DNA of 48,194 nt from a virus (IMGVR_UViG_3300020045_007472:1-48194), one strand, 5' to 3'; positions 1 through 8,185 are shown, counted from the first letter of the stretch. Numbers and translations are program-made. Notes: generated by a model from the sequence alone, not told the origin.

Positions 1-50
1 AAACTCCGTGGGGCGGGATAGGTCACGCCAGCCGTGACAACGTATTGCAT
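1..50 (-). CDS. 5' fragment of an early hypothetical gene running off the window edge (MQYVVTAGVTYPAPRS...)
   Basis: ATG at 50-48 preceded by a GGAGTCC RBS (62-56); frame stays open to the contig end. Confidence 0.4.
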   Translation of the reverse strand, partial: MQYVVTAGVTYPAPRS

Positions 51-102
51 CTTGTGGACTCCCAAACAAGACAAGCGCCAATCGCTTGCCTAGCAATGGA
101 GT

Positions 103-132
103 CCGGGCGGGACAGCGAACAATCCCGCCCGG
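103..132 (-). terminator. GC-rich hairpin just downstream of the 223-aa gene (terminator or processing site)
   Basis: Perfect 10-bp stem CCGGGCGGGA/TCCCGCCCGG with a 10-nt loop; no clear U-tract. Confidence 0.45.
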
Positions 133-138
133 CTTGGT

Positions 139-810
139 TTAGATATCGCCGAGCAAGTCATCCAAGTCGCTAGGAAGCGCCGCGCTTGCTGCCGCACGAC
201 GTGCCAACTCTTCTCGCGCCTCGGCCATGAAGTCGCGCGCCTTGCTTTCGGCTTGTGCGCCAATCCAAGCGATGACTGCCTTATCGTCCCACGTTGGCCG
301 CGAGTCGTTCGACTTGAAGAACGCGGCGACTTTGGGCGACAATGCAACGAATGCGGCAGCAGTCGGCTTGGCTCCCGGCGATGCTTTCGCAAGCGCGGCA
401 ATGAAGCGTGCTTTCAGTGCATCCTTGGCAATGTCTACCGCAAGCGATTGCTCGTCGGTCATCTTGGTCGAGGTGCCACCGGCAACCCGCACTTGCCACT
501 GCCCGGCAACCATAGCATCCCAAGCCTTTTGCATCGCCGCGAGTATGCCGTCGTTGACGGTCTTTTGGTTCGCGGCAACCCAGTCGGTCAACTGGTCGCG
601 CGAAGGCTTGGGCGTCCCTTCCGGTTTGCTTGCCATGTAGCAGGCGAAAGGAACACTCGCGGCGCTATCGGCCAGCTTTTGCTTAATCCCGTGCGGGATA
701 AGCTGGCGAAGTATGTCATGCGGCAAGTCAGCCACGTTGACTGTCAAGGCCACATCGCGCGACTCCACCACAATCGCGAGCTTCGGCATTTCGATTTGGA
801 ACGTTTCCAT
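139..810 (-). CDS. Early hypothetical protein, 223 aa (copy A of the duplicated gene)
   Basis: ATG with GGAGTCC RBS; differences from copy B are almost all synonymous, which confirms it is coding. Confidence 0.9.
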   Translation of the reverse strand: METFQIEMPKLAIVVESRDVALTVNVADLPHDILRQLIPHGIKQKLADSAASVPFACYMASKPEGTPKPSRDQLTDWVAANQKTVNDGILAAMQKAWDAMVAGQWQVRVAGGTSTKMTDEQSLAVDIAKDALKARFIAALAKASPGAKPTAAAFVALSPKVAAFFKSNDSRPTWDDKAVIAWIGAQAESKARDFMAEAREELARRAAASAALPSDLDDLLGDI

Positions 811-880
811 CTTAGGACTCCATCAAAGGCGGCATGATTGCCGCGTGACAGCCACCACACGGATGGCTGCTGCGCGATAT

Positions 881-1096
881 TCACCCAAACTGGACAGTGT
901 ACTCAATCCAATCCGTCGACTCGCTTCCCGCAAGCGCGACGAACAATTCACCGAGTTGGGCGGGATCACAGACAAGCAAGACACTGCCCGGTTGGTTCAT
1001 GCTTGCGGGGATGCTGGTCAAGTCTGCAAGCCAGCCGACAAGGCGCAAGCAAGCATCCTTGTCGCCGAAGTCTTGGATGATGACGAAAGCTTTCAT
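881..1096 (-). CDS. Early hypothetical protein, 71 aa (MKAFVIIQDF...)
   Basis: ATG at 1096 with AAGGAGTCC RBS, downstream of a sigma70-like promoter. Confidence 0.65.
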   Translation of the reverse strand: MKAFVIIQDFGDKDACLRLVGWLADLTSIPASMNQPGSVLLVCDPAQLGELFVALAGSESTDWIEYTVQFG

Positions 1097-1139
1097 TCGG
1101 TGGACTCCTTCGGGGTTGGTTGGTTGGGTGGTGCTTTGC

Positions 1140-1168
1140 AAGTTGGGCAATCGCCCGAGCCTTGTCAA
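1140..1168 (-). promoter_or_regulatory. Putative sigma70-type early promoter
   Basis: TTGACA (1168-1163), 17-bp spacer, weak -10 CAACTT. Confidence 0.5.
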
Positions 1169-1270
1169 TCCCCCCTTGGGCATATGTTTCAAACATTGTG
1201 ATCAGCCCATGTCGATTATTTGGATTTTGTCCCAAAGCGTGACATCCTTGCCACTGGTGCCCGCAATCGC

Positions 1271-1307
1271 ACCCACCCCCCTCGAAGCACACATCCGGGG
1301 GGTGGGT
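1271..1307. repeat. 11-bp inverted repeat (ACCCACCCCCC / GGGGGGTGGGT), possibly near the genome terminus
   Basis: Perfect stem with 15-nt loop, 17 bp from the junction at 1324/1325. Confidence 0.55.
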
Positions 1308-1324
1308 TCGCCGGTGCCGGGGCC

Positions 1325-1948
1325 TCGCGCGATGTAGCCTTGACGGTGAATGTAGCTGATTTGCCGCATGATATCCTTCGCCAACTGATCCCGCACGGGA
1401 TCAAGCAGAAGCTGGCGGATAGCGCGGCATCCGTTCCCTTCGCTTGCTATATGGCAAGTAAGCCGGATGGGACGCCCAAGCCATCGCGCGACCAGTTGAC
1501 CGATTGGGTTGCCGCCAATCAAAAGACGGTAAACGATGGGATACTCGCGGCGATGCAAAAGGCTTGGGATGCTATGGTGGCGGGCCAGTGGCAAGTGCGG
1601 GTGGCGGGCGGAACGTCAACCAAGATGACGGATGAGCAATCGCTTGCGGTAGACATTGCCAAGGATGCACTCAAGGCGCGGTTTATCGCCGCACTTGCCA
1701 AGGCTTCCCCCGGCACTAAACCGACCGCTGCCGCCTTTGTCGCCTTGTCGCCGAAAGTCGCCGCTTTCTTCAAGTCTAACGACTCCCGCCCGACATGGGA
1801 CGACAAGGCAGTCATCGCATGGATTGGCGCGCAAGCCGAAAGCAAGGCGCGGGATTTCATGGCCGAAGCGCGAGAAGAGCTTGCCCGTCGTGCGGCAGCA
1901 AGCGCGGCGCTTCCCAGTGACTTGGATGACTTGCTCGGCGATATCTAA
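1325..1948 (+). CDS. Copy B of the 223-aa early protein, missing the first 16 residues (5' truncated at a junction)
   Basis: 205/207 aa identical to 139..810; the upstream in-frame TTG at 1220 has no RBS and encodes unrelated sequence. Confidence 0.75.
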   Translation, partial: SRDVALTVNVADLPHDILRQLIPHGIKQKLADSAASVPFACYMASKPDGTPKPSRDQLTDWVAANQKTVNDGILAAMQKAWDAMVAGQWQVRVAGGTSTKMTDEQSLAVDIAKDALKARFIAALAKASPGTKPTAAAFVALSPKVAAFFKSNDSRPTWDDKAVIAWIGAQAESKARDFMAEAREELARRAAASAALPSDLDDLLGDI

Positions 1949-1974
1949 CGCCACCGAGTCGCTTCGCTAACATT

Positions 1975-2010
1975 ACCGCCCGTGGGGAAACTCGCGGGCG
2001 GTTTTCTTTT
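1975..2010 (+). terminator. Rho-independent terminator
   Basis: 12-bp stem ACCGCCCGTGGG/CTCGCGGGCGGT (two G-U pairs), GAAA tetraloop, followed by TTTCTTTT. Confidence 0.85.
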
Positions 2011-2246
2011 ATCGCGAGTAAGGTATGGCTTGGCGCGCGCAAGCGGCCCGCCACGGTGCCTCTAGCGCCTCCGGGTATGTCCGATCATGCCACGGGGTCA
2101 CACGCGCCACACGGGCACGCCACGCGCCGCACGGGGCATCCCCGCGCCACCAATCCCCCGCGCCACCGATCCGAACCAGCCCCGTTCCATAGCAACGCCA
2201 ACTGGCAACGCCGCTTACCGCTTCCGACTCAGCAATTCCCCCTGCC

Positions 2247-2579
2247 AATGGGTCCTGACTACTGGGGATTTCGGCGTTTTCGCAAAGTTGGTCGTCTATG
2301 CACTTTCGTATGGCTCGTTACATCGTGTAATGGTATGGCTCACACTGACGTTTTTCTTTTGTAAAGGGAGTTTTTTTTTTTTTTTTTATTTAAATTCTCT
2401 GAAAGAAAAACACGCAAGCGACCGAGGTTGCGGTATGGTCGGTTACATCGTGTAATGAGCCATACGAAACCATGCAAACGGGGTCGCGGCGAAAATCGGC
2501 CAAATCCCCAGTCGCCAGCGCTATGCGCCAGTAACACTTGCTTAGACGCCACCCGTAGGCGCAAGCGTCAGGACCCATT
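2247..2579. repeat. Large imperfect inverted repeat around an AT-rich core with a T17 run; candidate replication origin
   Basis: Paired blocks 2247-2259/2567-2579 (13 bp perfect), 2261-2271/2502-2512 and about 2304-2322/2451-2469; T17 at 2371-2387. Confidence 0.65.
2433..2465. promoter_or_regulatory. 33-bp palindromic operator-like site GTATGG-N4-TTACA-N3-TGTAA-N4-CCATAC
   Basis: Exact consensus; a partial copy lies at 2308-2330. Confidence 0.7.
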
Positions 2580-2640
2580 AGTATGGGCCGACCCTGCTAC
2601 CGCACTAGTGGCTTCGCCTGACAGATGGTCCTGCGTCAAG

Positions 2641-2692
2641 CCATACCAAACTGGCAATGGGGCTTGACTTTGCCCCCGATTTATGCGATGAT
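2641..2692 (+). promoter_or_regulatory. Putative sigma70 promoter with upstream CCATACCAAACTG box
   Basis: TTGACT at 2664-2669, 17-bp spacer, TG-n-GATGAT; same layout as 10523-10574. Confidence 0.6.
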
Positions 2693-2760
2693 TGGGGTAT
2701 CGGGCAAGCTGCGTCCGACGCAAGCGCCCGCGCAGTGGCGCGATTGATGGAGTCCAAGCC

Positions 2761-2973
2761 ATGACATTCAACGAGGCCTGCAAAGCCATACTTGCAAACC
2801 GCCAAGCTCCCGCGCTTAACTACGCCATAGGCTACGCTGCCGCAGGGGCGGAGATGCTGCCCGGAACCCACGCCTCGCGCGTTCAAGCCCTTTACATCCT
2901 CAACAACATCACGCATTGGCGCGGAGATGTGGCGAAGGAAGTTCGTGTGGCTCTGAAGCTGGAGGCGAAGTGA
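2761..2973 (+). CDS. Early hypothetical protein, 70 aa
   Basis: ATG at 2761 with GGAGTCCAA RBS; TGATG coupling to the next gene. Confidence 0.75.
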   Translation: MTFNEACKAILANRQAPALNYAIGYAAAGAEMLPGTHASRVQALYILNNITHWRGDVAKEVRVALKLEAK

Positions 2974-3260
2974 TGACCCCCCGCACCCAGGCCCTCGCCT
3001 ACCGCATCTGGTCCTACGCCACCCCACGCGCATGGGACCTCACCGCCTACGACATCGCCGAGGCCCTTGAAGTCGAGGTCGCTCGCGTCCACTACATTCT
3101 AGCGGAGAAGGGCTGGAACGCCCGTACACGCAACTCGCGGACCGAGCCGATTTACGCGACGATTGGCTTGGCTCAGCGCCCGCGTACCGACCATCACGTC
3201 AGCGTGGCGCTTGCCTACTACGCCCCGCGTCGCGCGAACCGCATCCCGTTGGAGGGCTAA
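2973..3260 (+). CDS. Hypothetical protein, possible HTH DNA-binding protein, 95 aa
   Basis: GGAGG RBS; HTH-like segment LTAYDIAEALEVEVARVHYIL. Confidence 0.65.
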   Translation: MTPRTQALAYRIWSYATPRAWDLTAYDIAEALEVEVARVHYILAEKGWNARTRNSRTEPIYATIGLAQRPRTDHHVSVALAYYAPRRANRIPLEG

Positions 3261-3360
3261 GCATCCCATCGACAGTTGAGCGCGCCGTCAGCAGCAGCAT
3301 CGCCGCGATAGCGGGCGCTCAATCTCCGTGGAATGTCCCACGATAACTGGAGTCCAAGAA

Positions 3361-3483
3361 ATGCAGGAAATCACCCACGCCATCGTCATCTGCTGCCTCG
3401 CCGTCTTTGTCGGCGCAACAGTCTTCGGCCTTACCATCAAGGTGACTGTGCCGACGACAAGCTTCATCGAGGGGTTCCGTTGA
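3361..3483 (+). CDS. Small membrane protein, 40 aa (MQEITHAIVICCLAVFVGATVFGLT...)
   Basis: GGAGTCCAA RBS, one hydrophobic segment, TGATG coupling; below the ORF-track size cutoff. Confidence 0.55.
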   Translation: MQEITHAIVICCLAVFVGATVFGLTIKVTVPTTSFIEGFR

Positions 3484-3797
3484 TGCGTAACCTCGAGGGC
3501 CGTTTGCCCCAACTCCACACCTACCCATATCTCCGTTTCCCCGCGACTTGGGAAGTCAGCATCATCGCGCCTTATCCTTACGCAGAGGTGCGCTTCCTTG
3601 TTCGCAAACGCGGGAGCAAGTTCAAGGGTATCAGCGTCTATCTCGACACGACGGACTCACTTGGTTCGATGGGCCAGCCCTACTGGGAAATCTATCCCTA
3701 CTGCGACGGCGACGTGCGCCGCTTCTGGATTGGAGAAGAAACCCAAATGCTCGAGGCGATCAAAAACGCCCTCGCTTCAGGAAAGACCGTCGGATGA
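3483..3797 (+). CDS. Hypothetical protein, 104 aa (MRNLEGRLPQ...)
   Basis: Start and stop overlap with both neighbours. Confidence 0.7.
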   Translation: MRNLEGRLPQLHTYPYLRFPATWEVSIIAPYPYAEVRFLVRKRGSKFKGISVYLDTTDSLGSMGQPYWEIYPYCDGDVRRFWIGEETQMLEAIKNALASGKTVG

Positions 3798-4009
3798 CCC
3801 AGTACATCGACATGACCCCGACATGGGAGGGCCTGCTTCCCGCCCTCCGTGCGATGACCGAGCACGGAACTGACGAAGCCCGCAAGGTCGCTTGGTCCGA
3901 GCTTGCCAAGGCCTGTCGCGCCGCTGACCTCTGGAACGCCCACTGCGACCTTGAGAAGGAGGGCGGCACCCCAACTTTCACCTCCGTTCGCAAAGGAGTT
4001 CCGGTATGA
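3794..4009 (+). CDS. Hypothetical protein, 71 aa (MTQYIDMTPTW...)
   Basis: ATGA overlaps on both sides. Confidence 0.7.
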   Translation: MTQYIDMTPTWEGLLPALRAMTEHGTDEARKVAWSELAKACRAADLWNAHCDLEKEGGTPTFTSVRKGVPV

Positions 4010-4365
4010 CCCGGCAAGAGATGTTCGACAAAGCCTACCTCGGCGTGATCGCACAGGGTAGACTTGGTAAGACCAGTGGAGGCACCTGCAGTTACACAAT
4101 CACAGGTGAAGACGGCAAGCAGCTCCATTGCGGCATCGGCCTGCTGCTTAGTCCCTCGACCCTCGAGTTGCTTCGCGTGATGGACAAGAACTTCTCTCCA
4201 GTTGCTTCCATCCTCCGCAACATCCCGGAGCCGCTTGACGCCTTCCTTGCGATAGAAATCCAGCGCGCCCACGACAACGCCGACACTGTAGCTGAGTTCC
4301 TCGACGACATGAAGGTCATCGCGAGTAATCTTGGCCTCCGCCTCCCTGAGCCCACCCTCACCTAA
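4006..4365 (+). CDS. Hypothetical protein, 119 aa
   Basis: AAGGAG RBS; ATGA coupling. Confidence 0.75.
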   Translation: MTRQEMFDKAYLGVIAQGRLGKTSGGTCSYTITGEDGKQLHCGIGLLLSPSTLELLRVMDKNFSPVASILRNIPEPLDAFLAIEIQRAHDNADTVAEFLDDMKVIASNLGLRLPEPTLT

Positions 4366-4390
4366 CCCCCCAACCCAACGGAGCCTTCCA

Positions 4391-4462
4391 ATGGACAATT
4401 CCAAAATCGTCTTTCTCATCAACGATCAGGTTCGCCTGATCCGCGTGACCTACGAACGATGA
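4391..4462 (+). pseudogene. 23-codon ORF with a good RBS, possibly a truncated gene remnant
   Basis: GGAG RBS, MDNSKIVFLINDQVRLIRVTYER*, ATGA-coupled to 4459. Confidence 0.3.
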
Positions 4463-4782
4463 ACTGCCGTAAATGCGGAGCCAAGCGTATCACCCGCCGC
4501 GCAAGCGGCGTTTTCTCATGCAAGCACTGTGGCATTCAGCCCAACCTGAACACCTTGTGTCGTTCGGGCCTTCCAGTGCTTCCGCGAGTAAACGAGGACC
4601 CTCATGCCGACCCTAAATCAGATGTTTCCCCGGAAGCCGTGGCAGCAGCCCAAGCAGCAGCATCTCTGCCTCTGCGGCTCCCCCGCCACTACCTTCGACC
4701 ATTTCTGGCCGCGCCATCTTGGCGGTCGCAGCTTCATCACCGGCAACACCTGGCGTATGTGTGCGGCCTGCAACCAGCGTAA
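4459..4782 (+). CDS. Zn-ribbon-like small protein (CxxC...CxxC); the C-terminal part overlaps the HNH gene and is doubtful
   Basis: CRKC and CKHC motifs at the N-terminus. Confidence 0.4.
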   Translation: MNCRKCGAKRITRRASGVFSCKHCGIQPNLNTLCRSGLPVLPRVNEDPHADPKSDVSPEAVAAAQAAASLPLRLPRHYLRPFLAAPSWRSQLHHRQHLAYVCGLQPA

Positions 4783-4852
4783 AAGCGCCCGCTTCCCTTC
4801 CGCCAGCGAGACCCTAGCCTTCTGCCTCCAGCGCAACTTACACAAGGTGTAA
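4604..4852 (+). CDS. Minimal HNH endonuclease, 82 aa
   Basis: TFDHFWPRHLGG...N...CAACNQRK pattern; GAGG RBS. Confidence 0.7.
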   Translation: MPTLNQMFPRKPWQQPKQQHLCLCGSPATTFDHFWPRHLGGRSFITGNTWRMCAACNQRKSARFPSASETLAFCLQRNLHKV

Positions 4853-4853
4853 T

Positions 4854-5090
4854 ATGACCAGCCCCGTCCACACCGGAACCTTCTTCATCCTCGAGGGCCT
4901 TCTTGCCGCCGAACGCGAGATCGTTACCCTCGCCGTTTCATTCGACCGAGCGGCCCTTGTCGCTTTCACAATGGCCCTCGGCGAGGCCGGAACAACCGAC
5001 TTCGACGCCTTCCGTATCACGGAGAACGGCGATGTCCTAGTGACCGAACTGCCCAAAGCGACGCACGTCGCCCCATCCAAGCCCGTTTAA
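4854..5090 (+). CDS. Hypothetical protein, 78 aa
   Basis: Tight operon packing and typical codon usage. Confidence 0.6.
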   Translation: MTSPVHTGTFFILEGLLAAEREIVTLAVSFDRAALVAFTMALGEAGTTDFDAFRITENGDVLVTELPKATHVAPSKPV

Positions 5091-5100
5091 GGAGCCACTC

Positions 5101-5523
5101 ATGGCCAGTCATTCCAAATCCGTCCTCAGCTACCGCGACGTTCACCAAGCCTTCGAGGCCGCTGGTCGCGTAGGCACGATCACCCTCCGTTTCCCCGACC
5201 CCGGCAAAGCAGTAACTTGGTGCGGCAGGGCCAACGCCTATCGCGTCCTGCTCCGTACTCAGAACAAGGAGCTAGGGCGCCCCTTCACCTCCGACTTCGA
5301 CCACCTCATGATCCGCCGCAGGCCCGGTGAAAACATCGTCAAGATCGAGCCCCGCGGCTTCGGTTTCGTCGCCGAGGGCCCCGACGGCGCGCTTATCGAG
5401 TTCGACCAAGTTACCCTGCCCAAGGGCTCCGCTACGCCCGAAGAGATCAGCGAAACCGAGCGTGACACCGAACGCTTCCTCGCTGAGTACGAAGCCACCT
5501 TTGGAAAGGCAAAGCCAGAATGA
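5101..5523 (+). CDS. Hypothetical protein, 140 aa
   Basis: TAAGGAG RBS and typical codon usage. Confidence 0.8.
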   Translation: MASHSKSVLSYRDVHQAFEAAGRVGTITLRFPDPGKAVTWCGRANAYRVLLRTQNKELGRPFTSDFDHLMIRRRPGENIVKIEPRGFGFVAEGPDGALIEFDQVTLPKGSATPEEISETERDTERFLAEYEATFGKAKPE

Positions 5524-5828
5524 AGCGTTATGACCTCGGCGCAACCGACGAGTCCCAATACTCCCGCCTCACTGAGGCAGAGCGTCTTGCTTGGATCTAC
5601 CCGGAACCCTACGCCTACCACTCCTTCCACGTCGAACGGATGGGGGAGGACACCTACCGTTGGCGCAACTCACGCGAGGCCAAATTCTACATCGGCAGCC
5701 ACGCCGAGCTTTGCCAAGCGATCACTACGATCAACCTCCGCAAACTCGACCCCAACTACAACCAGATCGTCACGACAGTCAAGGTCCTTTCCCAGGACGA
5801 AATCGACGAACTGTTCAGTGACCTATAA
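5520..5828 (+). CDS. Hypothetical protein, 102 aa, with acidic tail DEIDELFSDL
   Basis: ATGA coupling and typical codon usage. Confidence 0.75.
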   Translation: MKRYDLGATDESQYSRLTEAERLAWIYPEPYAYHSFHVERMGEDTYRWRNSREAKFYIGSHAELCQAITTINLRKLDPNYNQIVTTVKVLSQDEIDELFSDL

Positions 5829-5943
5829 TGGGGCCGCTCCTCCACCTCCTTCTCCAGCTCGCCTTCGCTTTCGCGATCGGCTTAGCTTTCCTCCTCGCCA
5901 CCTACCCCATCTACCTCCTCCTCAACATGTAAAGGCTCCAGCC

Positions 5944-6234
5944 ATGACCGACCAAACCTTCTCCAACATCCCCTGGGATGCCCCCCTCTTCCGCAAAGCC
6001 CCGCTTTCGCTCCTCGACACGATTGTGTCCAACCTTAGCCACGCCAGCTACCACTACGCCGACGACTCGGGGAAAGAGTGGGGCAACGCCTCGCTTAAGA
6101 AAATGCAGGCGGCGCTCCTCGTCAACACCTTCGCCCTCCCCTACGACGCCATCGTAGCCCTGCACGGCAGCAAGCCGCAACTCGTAACCCTGTCCCAGTT
6201 CATGGACGCCGTGCTAAAGGACGCCCGCAAATGA
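5944..6234 (+). CDS. Hypothetical protein, 96 aa (MTDQTFSNIPW...)
   Basis: Internal ATG of the 234-aa ORF, preceded by AAAGG; ATGA coupling downstream. Confidence 0.65.
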   Translation: MTDQTFSNIPWDAPLFRKAPLSLLDTIVSNLSHASYHYADDSGKEWGNASLKKMQAALLVNTFALPYDAIVALHGSKPQLVTLSQFMDAVLKDARK

Positions 6235-6446
6235 GCTATAAAAAAGATATGAGTGGCGCCGCTTTCCCGACAGGATTGACGCCGGGTCACTACTCGCAAG
6301 AAGGCATGTCCCTGCGCGACTGGTTCGCGGGGCAGGTGCTGACGGGCACCATTGCTGGCGGAAACGTAGGCATCAATACCACCTACGAAGACCTCGCCAG
6401 GGTCTGCTACCGCCAAGCCGACGCCATGCTGGAGGCCCGGAAATGA
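6231..6446 (+). CDS. Small conserved phage protein of the GMSLRDWFAGQ type
   Basis: GMSLRDWFAGQ...ADAMLEAR motif, common in small phage proteins. Confidence 0.8.
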   Translation: MSYKKDMSGAAFPTGLTPGHYSQEGMSLRDWFAGQVLTGTIAGGNVGINTTYEDLARVCYRQADAMLEARK

Positions 6447-7897
6447 CCCATCACTGGACCACCGAGCAAGAGGACATCTTCCACGCTGTCCGCACGACCA
6501 AGGACAACATCCTCATCGAGGCCCTCGCTGGCGCGGCCAAAACCACCACCCTCGTCGAACTCTGCAAATCGCTCGAGGGCAACACGCTCACCCTGGCGTT
6601 CAACAAAAAGATCGCGGATGAGATGGCGAAGAAAATGCCCGGCAACGTCACCTGCTCCACGTTGAACAGCCTTGGCCACCGCGTCTGGGGCCAGCACCTA
6701 GGCAAACGCCTGCAAGTTTCCATGGGTAAGATGCACCACCTGACCATCGAAGCTATCTCTTCCCGCGAGCGCGACGAACAAGACCACCTCTACGACGAGA
6801 TGCGTGACCTCCGCGCATCAATCGAGGGCGCAAAGAACCACGGCCACGTCCCGGACGCCCTCGCCGCGAAGCTCGGCACCAAATGCAAACCGATCCTATC
6901 GGACGAGGAGCTCATCGACATGCTCCCTTTCGATCTCTCCCCCGCCCAAGTCTCCGTCATGTTCGAGGTCCTCACAAAGTCCTTCAACATGGCGCTCGAG
7001 GGCAACATAGACTTCTCCGACCAGCTACTTCTGCCCACCGTCATGCAGTGTTCCTTCCCCATCTACTCCAACGTCCTTGTTGACGAGGCCCAGGACCTTT
7101 CAGAGCTGAACCACGTCATGCTATCCAAAACAGCCAAGCGCCGCATCATAGCCGTGGGCGACAGCCTCCAGGCCATCTACGCCTTCCGCGGCGCTCATAC
7201 CGAAGGCATGCCCCTGCTTCGCGAGAGGTTCAACATGACCACCTTGCACCTCTCAACAACGTTCCGCTGCCCCGAGGCAATCTGCGACCACGTTCGTCAC
7301 CACGCTTTCCGCATCCAACCCTGGGACCTTAACCCAAACAACCCCGGAAGCGTTAACTACCTTTCGGCCTGGGACATGGCAGACGTCCCCGACGGCAGCG
7401 CTATACTTTGCCGCAACAACGCCCCTCTCTTTCGCATGGCCTTGCGGATGCTCAAGGCTGGCCGTCGCCCAAATGTCTGGGGCCGAGACATCGCAGCCTC
7501 CCTCGTCAAAGTTCTCGAGGGCCTCGGTGCCCCCAACATGAAACGTCACGACGCTATCCTTGCCCTCGAGGTCTACCGCCAGCAAAAGGGGGCGAAGCTT
7601 AAGAAGCAATCGGCCAAGGACGCGCTGGCCGAACGCATCGAGTGCCTGCTCGTCTTCATCGAGGATGCCGACACCCTCTTCGGCGCGATCACCCTGGCCA
7701 AGGAGGTCTTCAACTACGAAGGCAAAGTTGACCTCGCCACCGGCCACAAGGCCAAGGGCGCTGAGTGGGAGGACGTGTTCATCCTCGATCGGCACCTGCT
7801 AAAGGACGAAGGCCAGGACCTCAACCTCGCTTATGTCCTCGCCACTCGGGCCAAGCGCAGCCTAACCTACGTCGATACCGAAGGCTACCTCAGCTAA
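6443..7897 (+). CDS. SF1 (UvrD/Rep-like) DNA helicase
   Basis: ALAGAAKTT Walker A, VDEAQD, VGDSLQAIYAFRGA, TFRCP, HKAKGAEW and YVLATRAK motifs. Confidence 0.95.
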   Translation: MTHHWTTEQEDIFHAVRTTKDNILIEALAGAAKTTTLVELCKSLEGNTLTLAFNKKIADEMAKKMPGNVTCSTLNSLGHRVWGQHLGKRLQVSMGKMHHLTIEAISSRERDEQDHLYDEMRDLRASIEGAKNHGHVPDALAAKLGTKCKPILSDEELIDMLPFDLSPAQVSVMFEVLTKSFNMALEGNIDFSDQLLLPTVMQCSFPIYSNVLVDEAQDLSELNHVMLSKTAKRRIIAVGDSLQAIYAFRGAHTEGMPLLRERFNMTTLHLSTTFRCPEAICDHVRHHAFRIQPWDLNPNNPGSVNYLSAWDMADVPDGSAILCRNNAPLFRMALRMLKAGRRPNVWGRDIAASLVKVLEGLGAPNMKRHDAILALEVYRQQKGAKLKKQSAKDALAERIECLLVFIEDADTLFGAITLAKEVFNYEGKVDLATGHKAKGAEWEDVFILDRHLLKDEGQDLNLAYVLATRAKRSLTYVDTEGYLS

Positions 7898-7901
7898 CCC
7901 A

Positions 7902-7930
7902 TTGACTTTCCCCGGTCCCCATGCTACAAC
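7902..7930 (+). promoter_or_regulatory. Putative sigma70 promoter
   Basis: TTGACT, 17-bp spacer, TG-n-TACAAC in an intergenic gap. Confidence 0.55.
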
Positions 7931-7954
7931 ATAGCTTCAACAAGGAGTCCCATC

Positions 7955-8185
7955 ATGGCACGTTCCACCCCAGTTGTCGGCACCTTCACTGGTGAAGAGC
8001 TAGAAGTTAGCTTCTACGCTTTCCGCGAGCACCATCCAGAGGGTGACCTTATCCTCGACATCGACCTTCAGGACGTCACTCTTCTCGGCCACCTCATCCC
8101 GGATATCAAGGTCCTGCCAGAAGCTTTGCAAGCTTCCATCATCGCCCTCGCTGACGACATCGAAACCTGGATGGGACGCTGCTGA
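7955..8185 (+). CDS. Hypothetical acidic protein, 76 aa
   Basis: AAGGAGTCC RBS. Confidence 0.75.
   Translation: MARSTPVVGTFTGEELEVSFYAFREHHPEGDLILDIDLQDVTLLGHLIPDIKVLPEALQASIIALADDIETWMGRC

Noticed and set aside
1220-1324. N-terminal 35 residues of the 242-aa ORF
   Set aside because: TTG start without RBS; it crosses a hairpin and the junction and is unrelated to the N-terminus of copy A.
139-1948. Diversity-generating retroelement TR/VR pair, suggested by the BPP-1-like structural genes and a diverged repeat
   Set aside because: Differences are at third codon positions of all base types rather than adenine-specific, and no reverse transcriptase is present.
5530-5943. N-terminal extension of the 234-aa ORF
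   Set aside because: It overlaps the 102-aa gene in another frame and is low-complexity Ser/Thr/Pro; a better start lies at 5944.
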